Assembly: GCA_028534125.1 (NCBI GenBank) | Contig: CM052817.1 | Coordinates: 86,120,001 to 86,184,000 of the forward strand | From: Lama glama | Taxonomy: Eukaryota | Direction of reading: 5' to 3' | Length of the DNA: 64,000 nucleotides | Part shown: piece after piece, positions 1 through 13,339 of the stretch | Numbering within the stretch: position 1 is the stretch's first letter | Layout: each line of letters starts with the position of its first letter | Translations under genes and position numbers: made by a program | Notes under the pieces: model-generated | The model's database searches: none | Seen by the model: only the letters and a program-made list of their open reading frames with translations | Told to the model about the DNA's origin: nothing

Positions 1-1749
1 GATCTATACTAAATATATGGCTTTCTCTTCTGGACTTATACACTATCTTATTACCTGGGAAAGTTTGTCAGTTATTTGAGATTATTTTACCTTACCTTGC
101 GAACTTTTACATAAAGGTGTCACAAAGCTTCCTTCCCTTTTGTTTCATGTTAGTCAGAACCACTTCCTTTTTATTTGTTTCCATTTCTTGTTATAAGAGA
201 TATAGTCAAATAAACGTTTCTTTGAATATAGTTATCTTCTTAGCTAGAAAGGATAGCTGGACATTAAGGCATAATTTCCTGCATTTGAACCTTCAAAAAA
301 GTTTCCAGAAGTCAAGCCACCTAATTTATTCAAACAGGTGTATTGATTTTCTTGCCTGTTGCACACCTAGCTTTGAAAAAAATCAGAAATTTGAATTAAA
401 AGGAATAGTCCTAATCTTACTTAAACTGCCATGGTTGTGAATATTACATGTCTAGATGATTTATTCTTCTTTGCTTGAAACCTTTAAGGACTGAGGCAAA
501 TGTGAAGCAGAAAACAAAATGATACGGTATTTCTCATTTCAAAGCAAGGGGAAAGATGCACTTATAGAACGAAAACCTCAGTTGGTTCTGTTAGGAAAAT
601 AATATGTATTTTTAAAAGATAGACTGCTATTAGGGACTACAATAAAGTACCCTTTGCTATTTATTTACCCAGCATTTTCTAGTGAATTCAGAGAGAGAAT
701 CTTCATTATGATCAATCAGGTCAATTACAGGGTTGGGGTAGGGTAAACGATAGTGTTATTTGCAAGATAAACTCTCTTACATCCCTTATACTGATTCAAA
801 CCTGCACCTGCTTATGCAGCTGCAGGAAAAAAAAAAGTAGCAAAAAGCAGAGTTTTAGAAGTATTATAGTGAATCACAGCAACAGGATGGGGTTAAACAG
901 AGCAAGATTCTACGTTATGAAGTGCATTATACCTACTAGCTATTTATCTATGTTTGCTTCTGCTCATCTTCCCTCTGCTAGAGATGTATGGAGGATATGT
1001 GATAACAAATACAAAAACAGGTGTTCCATAATATGATAAAATGGAGTCATTACAAAAACTGTGTCCAGAAAAGTATCATAAGCACATCTCCATGCAGATG
1101 AGCAGAACAAATGAGATCACTGAACCAACAGTAATGCATTTCTCAAACTGGTATGATTTCTATGAGACAAAGCTTTTATTCCTGATGAAAGGCACTGGTG
1201 ATCTATTGCTCAAAATATTTCAACTATAACAGCCTTTTAAAATATCAGACATTCACTAAAAGGGAGATTATATATATAGTCTGTGTAAAAAGAATATGTT
1301 GTCACACATAACAAATTATCATTCTTAGTTATTGTCCATAACAGTTCTTGATTGTATTACATTCAAAAGAAAACTCACATGATCGAAAAAAAAATCATTA
1401 AACTTTTTAGAAAGTGTTGCCATCAATTTTGTGATACATGTGATAGGAGATTTTAATTTTTGTATTTTTAGATAAAATATATGTGTGTATACATGTGTGT
1501 GTTTCAGATAAGATATTAAATATGTATGATAAAAGTTAAGTAAGAATGGAACAGTTTTCTAATGATAAAACAGATTTAAATGTATTAATGATCAATTTTC
1601 TTTATCTCAAAAATAAAGCTGATATATAGATACAGCTATCAATATCTATATATACATCTATATCTATTTATCTATATCTATATAACATCTTTAAATATAT
1701 AATATATATAAATATATATATACTTTATACACACACACACACAATACAC

Positions 1750-2601
1750 AGTTCCAAGTAAGAATGAAGAGTAACTGGAATCAAACTTATCTTCTCATCA
1801 TAAACAAATATAAACTGAATGAGAAGCAGTGGTTTTTAGACATTGACAAGAGCACAGGACTATAATCCCTAAGAAAAGGGATAAAAATAAGAGAGGCAGG
1901 AGATTTCTTTAGCTTCTGCTTAGAGGTACTTTCTATGCTGAGGTGTACAGATCAGAACACTAGAGCTTACTGAGTTAAGGAGATAGATATTTAAGATCCA
2001 AGAGGACACAACAGCTAGAATTTGCAGGCAGAGTAGCAAAGAGAAGGGATCTACACAGAGAAATGTCTGCAGAAATCTGCAAAGGGGGTCCCCTGTACAC
2101 ATTTGCTGAGTGATGAGGTATGCATACACAGTACAAACGATTTACAAGGGTGTTACAAACTGAAAAATCTACAGAACCCACAGAGAACTGGACAATAATT
2201 TGAGTTCCACTCAGGCACAGTAACAGTCTTCCTGGAATATCTGGAATATTCATTACAGATCTGAGTAGGTTCAAAACTTAGTAGTAGGGCTAAAGTGTTC
2301 TTGGACTAAACACTACTCTAGATCAGTCTTAATAAAGCTTAAAAACAAACCTCATATTGTTAAAGTTCACATTTCAAAGCTCTTCAAAGGAAGACAGTAA
2401 AACTCAAGCTTCAACAATACTAAATACTCAATGTCTTACATCAAAATTGAAAACCACTTGGAACTTCTTGTTTAAAAGAAATGAAAAGTGTGATATTTGG
2501 AATTTTAAAAAATTCTGGTTGGAATTAACAATTAGTTACCGCAGAAATAAGGATAAGTCAACTTGATGACAAAGCAATAGAAACTATCCAAATGGAAGTC
2601 A

Positions 2602-2633
<32 letters not shown>

Positions 2634-2960
2634 GCACTAGGGATAAAGAGATTCTGATTCCACGACAAGTGGTAAAATAGGGACCAGTCTATCAGATGTG
2701 TAGTCACGGATCATGAAGGATATAAAGAACTATAGCAGGATAAGAACAAAGATAACACACCAAGAACTATTTTAATCACATTGCTGAAAATCAGTAATAA
2801 AGAGAAAAATCTTCAAGGCAGATAAGAGAAATAAAAAGACATATAAAAAGAGAAAACAATTATAAAAATTACTACTGAATGTAATTTTTTCAGCAAACAT
2901 ATGCAAGCCATAAAATAATGAAACAATATCTTTAAAGTGCTAAAATTTTTAAAAAAGTAA
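1750..2960 (+). mobile_element. Old L1 (L1M-type) 5' region and decayed ORF1
   Basis: 2750-2945 is a decayed version of the L1 ORF1 C-terminal block (TPRHI...KEKILKA...FSSETMQARRQWNNIFKVLK), e.g. aataaagagaaaaatcttcaaggca and caatatctttaaagtgctaaaa. Upstream sequence resembles an L1M 5' UTR. Confidence 0.7.
2607..2633. repeat. (CA)n microsatellite
   Basis: Uninterrupted CA run read directly from the sequence. Confidence 0.95.
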
Positions 2961-2984
2961 GAAGAAATTCACATCAAAATTTAA

Positions 2985-3410
2985 TACTCGAGTATTCACA
3001 AAAACTTGACTCATAATCACCTGAAGCCAAAAATAACTCAAAATTACATTCACAGGTAAATGGATAAACAAATTGTGGTACATCCATAATTAGATTACAC
3101 TCTGCAATTATAAATAATAAATTACTGCTACAGGCAAACATACACATTTATCTCAAAAATAGTGTATGCTCAAAAGGATATGGACACACAAGTGTACGTA
3201 ATATTCCATTTCAATGAAAATCTAAAAAAGGAAAAGCTAATTTATAGTGACAGATATAACATCAGTGGTTGTCTTAGTCTGGGGATCGACAGCAAAAGGT
3301 GATAGAGGAACTTTTGCACGTGATAGAAATAATTTTAATGCTGGTTACGTGGGAATATACATTTGTCAAAACTCATCAAATGCATACATTTCATTTCAAT
3401 AAATTCAAGT
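2985..3410 (+). mobile_element. L1ME-like 3' end/3' UTR
   Basis: Characteristic L1M 3' motifs: aatggataaacaaattgtggtacatccat, tattccattt, aagctaatttatagtgacaga, acatttgtcaaaactcatcaaatg. Confidence 0.8.
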
Positions 3411-3700
3411 AAAAACTCTCTAGTCAGAAAAGTGGACATCAAGAGGAAGTATTTTTGGGCTGAGTAACACAATTGAATTTTCCTAGTGTAAAAGCAGGGT
3501 ACTGTAATTAATGTACGGAATCTAGCATTACTGATGGGAAGTGATGGCCTACAAAGTGCTGACTGTATTACTTTAATATATTTTACTCCCATTTTATTAC
3601 CTATGCTATTAATCAAAAGTGAAGTGTGGTGAATTTGTAACTAATTTTCACAACTTCATATACTAATTCTTAAGATATTCTCATTTGAGTGATTAATGTT

Positions 3701-4063
3701 TGTCTTAGTCCCATTGAGTTGCAATCACAAAATGCCACAGCCTGGGTGGGTGGCTTATAATGAACAGAAATTTATTTCTCATACTTTTGGAGACTGAGAA
3801 GTCAAAGATCAAGGCGATGGCCAATTCACTGTCTGGTGAGAACACACTTCCTGATTTATATACAACCATTTTCTTTCTATGTCCTCACATGGCAGAAGGG
3901 GTGAGGAAGCTCTTTGAGGTCTCTTTTATAAGGACATCAACCCCATTCATAAGTGCTCCATGCTTATGACTTAATCTCCTCCCCAAGGTACCACCTCCAA
4001 ATAACATCACATTGGGATTGGTTTCAACATATGAATGTTGGGGGAGACATGCAATCTATAGCA
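3701..4063 (-). mobile_element. MaLR solo LTR, MLT1A-like
   Basis: TG...CA termini (tgtcttagtc ... ctatagca), about 360 bp, with MLT1A hallmarks aacagaaatttatttctcata, aagtcaaagatcaagg, gtcctcacatggcagaaggg and tttcaacatatgaat. Confidence 0.9.
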
Positions 4064-4282
4064 ATTATTTAACATTGCCAATAATTACATTAATATTACA
4101 CATCCCCTTGTTCTGATTTTCTGCTATGCTGGACACATTCATACATTTGTTTAATTCTATTTGCTTTTCTCTTCCCTAGCCCCTTCCAAGCAGAGGCATG
4201 GGTTGGTGTTGCATCAGTCTCAATTATTTATAGTTCACCAGTGTAGCTTCCTTTAACTTGAGAACTGCAAGGAACACTCGGC

Positions 4283-4895
4283 ACATGGGACTCTGTCCAA
4301 ACTTCTGCATTAAGAGACTTGACCAAACTCTAGCATGTCTTCTAAAAGCTTAAGATCCTGTCATTAGGAGGAACCCAACCTCCTTTAAAATGCCTGCTAG
4401 AGAAAGCACCTGGCTGCCAAAAGAATTTGCCATTTGTTCTTGCCAACATCCCCCTTTCCTAGAGCATTTATGCATTAAAAAAAAAAGGGGGGGCATACAA
4501 TTTTATATTCTACCACTGTTTCTTTGAGAAATGCATGTATGCATCTCCTACAGCACAGGATTGTCTTTCTCAAGGAACCGAAAATTATTTCTTTGAAATA
4601 TCTATCAGGAAGGATAGGGCCTCTGTCTCCCAGACTCTCTGGCAGGATAAACTTCTAACTTCAATAACTGCCAGAAACAGACAAAGGTGGCCTAAGTGCA
4701 TTTATACTGATCAACACTGACTGACCATACTGAGCTCCCTCTTGCCTCCTCCCTACTCCCTTTTCTCCTTTAAAGCACTAGTCACCTCTGCAAAAACTGA
4801 AGTGGAGCTCAACTCTTTCCCCTACTGTCATTAGTCACAGAATAAAATCTGCTCTTATCGCTTTAACTAATATCTAGCTTTATTTATCTTTGACG
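4283..4895 (+). mobile_element. ERV1 solo LTR, MER67-like
   Basis: cttgaccaaactctagc, aaaatgcctgctagagaaagc, ggctgccaaaagaattt, caggaaggatagggcctctgtctccca; AATAAA near 4841; end tttatctttgacg (diverged ...TGACA). Confidence 0.75.
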
Positions 4896-7870
4896 AAATA
4901 CAGTTAAATTGATGATGCAACATAAGTTAAACATACAAGCAAGTCTTCAATTTGACAAATGAGTCAATACTAAGGCAGAAAGCATCATCAAAATTACTTC
5001 CATTCCTAACCTGAAATTGTATTTATAACAAGTAGTTTACTTAAATTAGAGAACAAAAGAAAATCAAGTTTTTGTTAAAGCTGATAACCTTCAAAATTCA
5101 CTTCATTGAAAATCTATTTTAATAAATAATTATTGAACATTCAAAAACTTTGAGTTAATCTATACAACATTATCCTTTTTGATTGTAAGCATTTAAGAAT
5201 ACTTGTTAATTTTATGCTATTCATTATTCCTAAAAATCTAGTGAAGGCAAACATAACTTCACTAGATAGAGGAAAATAATAAATAAAGCATTTCTGACAA
5301 TTATAAAGAGCATTGCATTGTATATTATTTAAAAAGCACATTTTTAGAATTGTATTACTATTCTCAGAAATTGAATCATGTACATGAATTGTTTGTTTCA
5401 TACTATTCAGGAAGTAGCAATTAAAAGTAGGAATAAAATAAAGGCAGTTGTTTTTACAAATTCTGATAAAAGATTCTGTAGGAATTTTTAGTCCTATTGA
5501 AAATTATCCCAAAGTTGTAAACCAGTCAGAGGTAAGTAACTAGATTCTTCCTTTTTGCTATTTTTACATTTAATAATAAATCTTAACTTTGTCCTGTATT
5601 TATTATTTTTAAAATACTATTTTTGCATATATTTCACTCAAAAAGGAGTTTACTCAGGTTAGTTTGTTGTTTTAGAGTCTTTGAAGTCAACAGCAATATA
5701 GATTTATTTTTTAACCTCAAGTAACAGCATCTTTTGCATTCATGAATGAAAATATAGAGAGATGGCTAGATAGATAGGTAAGTAGATATTGTTTATTGTG
5801 GATAGCAAGAAATTATTATGAAAGAAAAATAACCAGATGCACTGTTTAAAATAAAACATTTCTGGAAGATAGAAATTATAATTGCTTTGCTGAACTTAAG
5901 CTTCACTTTATACTCTGAATAAATTAGGCCATTATTATTCTACGCTCAAATTCCTAAGGGTACCTTTCCTTTGGTTAGTATCTATTTAATTCAGATCAGT
6001 TAGAGAACACCTTTGGTTAATGTCATGATATTTCCGTTATAGAATTCAAACTCTCCTGAAAGAAGTGTGTCAAGTTGCTACCTTTCAGCGAAGGTGCATT
6101 CCATTAAAGATTCTTTGATTTTGGAGATTCTTTAGAACGTGTTTCAAGAGAGACGGTATTAAGAAACACTGTACAAAGGTACAATTGATTCATAGAATCT
6201 CTTTCTTGCTAATGTGTGCTATTTTTGTACATTTATCTTTTCTAATAAAGTCTTTCATAATTTTTCTTTTTCTTCATTTCAATTGTCCTGTTCCAATCCA
6301 TTTTCTTGCACTACCCTATCCAATATATTTACCTGTCACAGTTTTATTATTTTCCAATGAATCCTATGAAGAAGAGCTATTTCAGTTGAGTAGAGCTTAC
6401 AGTATTCATTATAGCCAATCAATTGTGTGAGCAGTGGTAATGAATAATCAGAATATGTGAAAAATTATCAAAATAGAAAAGAGTAATAAATATAAATGAG
6501 ACAGGACTAATCATTCCCTGAATATTACCAGAATAATATTGCTCTTCATTTCACATGAAATGAAAATTACAAAACATTTATCAGTTTGTTTTATCCTGAA
6601 TACAAATGTCAGATCATATAGGATGTTCTTGTGTATATAGAAAATAGAAAATACTGGATAAAGATGGTCTATATAAAGTTTAGGTCATCAATTTAAAGTG
6701 TTTGTAGTCATAAAGACTTTTGTTCTCAAGCATTACAGAAATCACATTTAGAAGCCTGCAAACACTTGATGTGCTTGAGAATTTATTTTTTCTTAGTTTA
6801 TTAAATTCATTGGTAAGAATCCCACTGGGAACAAAAGTATTATTATTCATTAGTTCATTTTGTTGACCTTGAGATGTCAGCACCATGTGTACAGCTAGCA
6901 ATATTGTAGGTAAATAAAAAAAGGAAGACAGAGAAAGTAAGTAAAATGCGTAAGTAGGAAGAGATGCTAAGAAAAATGTTCTTTTCTCAAGGCTTGAGGT
7001 AAAAGATTAGATTATAGTTTGCAGAATCAAGGGCACATAGGAATGGCACACAATGATCATGATTGATGGAAGTATTTTGGAAGGTAGAAAATCAATATAT
7101 GTTCTAAAAGTTCTGTTTTGTTCAGATTAATCTGAACTGCTCCTTCTCCTAACATAGCACATTGGCTTAAATGTGATAGTGATTTAAAATATACACACAT
7201 ACACACACATATAATATCAGAACACTTTATTCTAATGAAAATAAAGATTTATGTATCCATTATTTTCAAGCCTTAAATATAAAAAAAATCTGGTATACTT
7301 ATGTTTAGAATTTTGAAATTTGAATACTTTAATAGAGTGTTTGGTTATGGAAACTTTAAGAATTAAAATTGATGAGTCACTGGTCTAAGTTTAAAATGCT
7401 CTGGATCATTAGGCAGAATATAACCTCAGTTCTAACTTCCTGTGTTTAATTAAGCCCCATAATTTTCTGTAGGACTTAGCCAAAATTTATAAGTGAGATA
7501 GTTGTTCATGAATCACTTATTAGCCTGGAAGTTATAGCCTGGGCAACAGTGCCCAGATTTTTTTGATGCTATCCATACTTGTTCTGATGAAGTGACAGGC
7601 AGGTGAAATGACTGATCTCAATGACATTAATTCCCAGCCATGTTTCTTTGAGGACATGAATCAGGATAATAAATTCTCCTTTTAATTTTTTACTTTAACT
7701 CAATTCTACAAGAAATGAAATAAGATTGTTTTTTACCTTTGAGAATTTGTATGGTATATTAAAAAAGTTAGTTATTGAGAGAGTAAAATATATTGAGGAA
7801 TGTGTTTTACTTAGAACAAACAAAGAAAATGTTATTGAGAACCCCTATAATTAAATATAAGTGAATACAT

Positions 7871-7923
<53 letters not shown>

Positions 7924-7954
7924 ATACATAGATACATAGATAGATACATAGATA
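7871..7954. repeat. (GATA)13 tetranucleotide microsatellite with imperfect extension
   Basis: Perfect GATA x13 at 7871-7922, followed by aata/cata/gata variants. Confidence 0.97.
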
Positions 7955-9599
7955 ATTGATAAAGAAGCTTGGTGTGAAGTTTGGACTTTAGGCAAGTGTT
8001 CATGGTAATCTATTTAATGTTATAATCATCTTCCACACTGAGTTGACAATATTGAATTCACCTAAACAAAATATAACATAAATATTAACATTTTCTTAAA
8101 TTGAATATATGGCAAAAAAAGTGAAGCAGGTTATGTGACTGTGTGTGTGTGTATTCTTACTGATACCATAAGGACTGTAACAGTTGCTTTGTAAAATTAA
8201 GTTTGTTTTGAAATTATTGTTTTTTAAAATATTTCTTCCGAGGCATTTTTATTCTTAAATCTAGCATATCTTATACATTACATAGGAGATATAATTGTTA
8301 CCTTGCTGTTCAGCCATCACAGTGAGTTTAAAATCAAATCTGAGAAGCTTGTTGGCATGATAAATTTAGTATATTTTTTATTCTCAGAACCTATACATTT
8401 GCATTCTGAGTTTAACTTGTCATATTTCCAAAGCGTATATAAATATGAAATTCCTAAATATAATGTTTTCATATTTTCTATAAATTCAAAGTTACATATT
8501 TTGATGACATTTATTATGAATACCATTTGATTTTACAATACAAAGTACATGCTAAAATAATAATAACAGATATGTCTACAATATAAGTAATTACCTGTCA
8601 ATAATCACTTCTTGTAATTCAAAAACTATTTTATCTCCTCCCTTAAAAATACAAAATGAAATAATTACTGTGTTTAGTTAATACCCTCATTACAAATATA
8701 ATCTCTTATGTTCTATATTGGTTATTACTCCTATAGATAGATAAATAGGTAGGCACAGATACAGATGTATAAATGGATATTAATACAGTTAAAGAAGTAA
8801 CCAATAAATGTTAATTCAAATAGAAAAAAGACTTAGAATTTAAATGAATCTAAATGGTTGTTATAATGAAATATATCTGCATGTACAATATGAAGGAGTA
8901 AATGAACAAAATGTTTTGTTCAATAAATTGTTTTCTTTCCTCCCAGACTGTATGAAATCATTAACTAAAGAATATTTTTTAAATACTGGTTTATGAGGTC
9001 GTAAGTGCAGAGAAATGATAACGTAAGCCATTTCATGAATTTTACAAGACGAAGTCTGAGAGTATTCCATGGCAGGGTGTAGCTTATAAAATGTCATATG
9101 CTATATAGTTTTTTATGCTCCTCAAAAATATTTGAATAGTTTAATTGCCTTTCTATTAGCAAAGAATTTTCACTGGAAATGTCTTGAATTCATTGTTTTT
9201 TGTATGTTTCGTTCTCCAGGGATCCACACCTAACTATTTAAATGTCATACCACTTGCACTGACCATTCAGAAATCTCTAACTTCTAAAAAGCAGTGTTAA
9301 CTCAAACTAACTTATCTATTTCTTTACACATTTCCAAATATCAGTTCTCTCTCTAACAACGAGTTCTTAAGATATTAGTTCTTAAGATATGCAATTTAGT
9401 TGGACAGATGACAATTTCGGTTGTCCATGATCAATTTTCCTAAATAGAATAGGAATACTAAAAAAAAAAGTTACTAGAAAACAGAAGGTTGTAAGTAGAA
9501 AGATGAGACTGAAATATTGGCCTGTGCATTACTTAAATTCATTCTCTACTGCAGACTCCATCAGTGACAATACATATGGGATACATGCACTGCAGGTAC

Positions 9600-10720
9600 C
9601 GGCTCTAAAATCTTGCAAATGTGTTTTCACATTTTCATCTTGATTTGTGAATAATATCTCACCTGATTAGAAAATTCCTTGGTGCCTTCTTTTCTTTCTT
9701 CCTTCCTTCGTTCCTTCGTTCCTTCCTTTCTTCCTTTCTTTCTTCTGATGTGTGTCGTTGCATGGGAAGTATAATGTCAAACTAATTTTTTTTGTTTTTG
9801 ACGTTAACTTTAGTTTTACCTGTCTGCAAGTTTTTATCTTATTTAATTTTATTTTTTTGCTTCTGTTTTAGAATTCAATATTTTACCCAATGTGTCTTCT
9901 TAACCCTGCTAAAACCGAATTAGCTTTTAATCTTTTGAGTCAAAATCTCTGTATATTATATAAAATTGCTTCTACTATTTCTGAAAAGTCCCCTATCTTC
10001 CACTGTATCTTTTTATGTTTCTAAATGTTCATCACTTGAATTTTCAGTTTTTGCATTGTCCTTCAATTTTCTTATCCTTTTCATCATTATTTTAATTTCT
10101 TTGTATTTTATAATATTTATTCTACTTGATCTTTCAGAATACCAATGTGAGTAATAATAGTAAGCTCTACACAGAAATAACTGCATGTGGACACACTACA
10201 TTTTAAAACTATATTTTTATTCTACAAATATTGGTTCTAATAAAGTCATTGAAATGCTCCATATTCTGCCCCTTCTTCTCTTCCTCCTTTTTCTCTCTCT
10301 CCTTCTGTTCTAGCTCCTCTTCCTTTTCCTCCTTCTATTACTTAGTTTGTTACCTGTCTCTTCTGAAGTTTATTCTGTTAGAAACAACTTTTCTACTGTT
10401 TTGCTTAATTTTTCACTGTGAGCCTGTAAGGCCACCTTACGCTTAATGCTGTTTTCCCTTTGGATAATCATGACACAATTTATGCTTGCTGCTCAGGTAT
10501 AGCTTTTGTATTTTAAGTCAGTCTCTGTTCCACCAAGCCAGCAATGAGCCAGTCTGAGTATTCTCTAGAACTAGTTTCTCTGCTATTCAGTTTTTCAACT
10601 GCTACGACTAGAGCTGTGTTCCATCTGACTCTGTTGGGTCCCCCAAAAACTCAAGGTCAAGCTTACATTCACCAGGTGTCTCTTGCTTGCAAACAACTGC
10701 CACTGAATTCAGAGGCAATA
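9600..10720 (-). mobile_element. Very old HAL1/L1 ORF1-5' region fragment containing a (CCTT/CTTT)n tract at ~9686-9745
   Basis: T-rich strand bias and decayed antisense ORF1 motifs (gttgcatgggaagtataatgtcaaactaatt). Confidence 0.45.
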
Positions 10721-10899
10721 AGTGTTCAAAATAGATGAAAGTGACTTTATGGCAATGTAACTTTAGAATTATGCTGTGTTTTATATACACAAGCATTTTA
10801 GTAGCGCTGATAAATATCGATTATAGGAATATTTATTGAGCTCTTCATATGTGTCAATCAGAAAGAATATATTAGTCTTAAAGCTTTGGTTGCTAGAAA

Positions 10900-11290
10900 T
10901 AAGAGACAAGTGGAAATAGTGCTTTATGCATACTTCTCACATAGCTTCACACAAAATATTAAAAAGACATTTTCAAAAGGCAATAATATAATAATTAGTG
11001 ATTTTTGTTGTAGATGTTAAGTTAATTTTTTTTTCTTCTATGTGTGGAGGTGAAAAATACAATAATCTTTGGTACTGTACTGTGCCTGTCCTGATTCACC
11101 CTAAGATGCCAACGCTTTTACTCTTCATTGCTTTTGTACCGTCAATATATATAACAAAAAAAGGCAAAAAGAGGCAAAGCATGTCTTGCTATCATTATAA
11201 AAATAGTTTTGACTTGGTGGAACCCCAAAGATCCCCCTAAGAGAGGGACTGTCAAGAATCTGAGGGCTAGACTTTAGGAACCAAAGTCCT
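10900..11290 (+). mobile_element. hAT-Charlie DNA transposon 3' fragment (Charlie1-like)
   Basis: atgtcttgctatcattataaaaatagttttgacttggtggaacccc ... agactttaggaacc resembles the Charlie terminal region ending ...cactttgagaacc. Confidence 0.6.
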
Positions 11291-11370
11291 CAGAAATCTT
11301 AGACATCACCAGGTACGACTAGCACCAGGCTAAGGTAGGAGGTAGTTTGTCCAAAGAAAGGAAACCCAAA

Positions 11371-11404
<34 letters not shown>

Positions 11405-12064
11405 AAAGGCAAACTGAAAGCTGCTAACACACTTCTCTGATTCTCAATTTTGTTCTTGGTAAGTATTGGCCATCTAATTAATGCTGAATAATTTATAAAA
11501 CATTATAAATCAAATACTTATCACAGGTATGCTATAGTTACTTACTGTAATTTAGTAGTTTCCTTTCTAAAATATATAATTCCTAGATTTTAAATTTTAT
11601 TTAAATACATAATTTTCTTTGACTCTACTAGTGTCCTTAAAGAAAACTATTTTCACAAACCGTTTTTGCTGTATGAATAAAAACAAAGAAGAGTTAATCC
11701 ATTGAGAGATTTACTTTCCAAACAATAAAAGTAAAGTAAAAATAGTATATGTTACTATTAATACTAAAAAGTACTGTGATAGCTCGAAATATACCTTTTC
11801 ATAAGCATCATTTTTCAAAACGGTTTTATTGTACTTCAGCTGATCAGGAAAAAAAAGTTTTCCATCACACATTGTAGACCTCCTCAAAGATCAGTGGTGC
11901 TTTCACTATCCTTCACCAGGTTACTGACCTAACCAGCAAGCATACATTTGTTTATGTATCCAAATCACTCACCTCTGACTTAGTTCAAATGATTTCTCAT
12001 GTCTAAAATCCACTTCTCTGACCTAGGATATGTTCTCCATTATTTATATCTCATCATTCATTAC

Positions 12065-13300
12065 GTTATTCCACTGACTTCTGGTATGTGTTGTTGCATG
12101 AGAGTTTTAATCTCAAATGAATTCTTTTTTTTTTTTTTTTGGTGTTAATTTTTGTTTGTTTTTCCTATCTGAATTTTCTTATTTTTTTGCTTCTATTTTA
12201 GAGTTTGATATTTTTACCAGTATTTCTGCTCAACCTGGCTAAACCAAATTAGCTAATTTGTTATTTTTTTAAATGGTGTTAAAACTTTCTTCTGCCTACT
12301 CAAATCCACTTTTGAAACCCTCTACTGAAATTTTCACTTTAGTTATTTTACTTTTCAGCTCCAAAATTTTTTAAGTTCTCTTTTTATTGATATTTCCATT
12401 TTGTTCATATATTGTTTTCTTGACTTCATCTGTCTTCCTCTAGTTCTTTGAACATCTTTATGATAGTTGTTTAAAATCTCTGTCTGGTAGATCTGACATA
12501 CCTTTCTTAGAGAAAGTTTCTCTGTTTTATTTTTTCTTCTTTGAATGAGACATATTTTTCTCTTTCTTTGTATGTCTTGTGATTTTTTTTTGTTGAAAAG
12601 TGAACATATGAATCTAATACTGTGGTTACTCTAGATAGCAGATTCTTCCCCTTCTCAGTGTTTTCTGTTATTTTTTAATTGCTGTAGACTATCTTTGTGA
12701 CAAAGGTCAACCTGTAGTGTAAACCTAAGTTCTTCGGAAAATTTTCCGATTCTTCATCTTTTCCTAGATATGCACAGGAACTTTTTAATTTCCCCTGTAT
12801 ATGAAGTTATTTTTCAGTGTTCCAGTCTGTAAAGTCTTGCTCTCAAAAGTGGGGAAAAAAACAAACAGGGAAAAAGACGTCAGCCTTTAAATTCCCTGGA
12901 AGTCACTTTAGCCAGATGGAAACAAAAAAACGGGGCAAAAACAAAACAATGGTCTCCCAACAATCAATGATTTGAATACAGACAGACCTCCGATATTTGA
13001 AGTACAGGGTCCTAAATGCCCACCCTGGGTCCCACTAGCTGCATGCAAGCTGCTCCAGGAAAACTTGTTCTTCTGCCTGCATGGGGCTGAGGTATGGGGC
13101 GTGAGTAGCCATTGCTGAGTTAAGAGCTGAAATTGACTAAAATTAACCACAGTTCACCAACTAAGCCTTCTCCTGGAAGTTACAAACATTCAACAGACGC
13201 CAGAGTTTCAAAACAGTCACATCAGACAGATTCTGCCAGTGGAATTGAGTGGACAGATGGATTTCCAGTGCTTTCTACTCTGCCAGCTTCCTAGAATCCA
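12065..13300 (-). mobile_element. L1M 5' UTR and start of ORF1, antisense
   Basis: Reverse complement of ~13200-13300 gives ggattctaggaagctggcagagtagaaagcactggaaat...ctggcagaatctgtctgatgtgactgttttgaaactctgg, a typical L1M4-type 5' terminus. T-rich antisense ORF1 sequence lies to the left. Confidence 0.8.
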
Positions 13301-13339
13301 CTGATAGTTACTTGTTTTTTAAAACATAAAATTATATCA

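Noticed and set aside
97..244. Minus-strand exon candidate (tcctttctag acceptor, CAAG/GTAAGG donor)
   Set aside because: All three frames contain stops and there is no other support.
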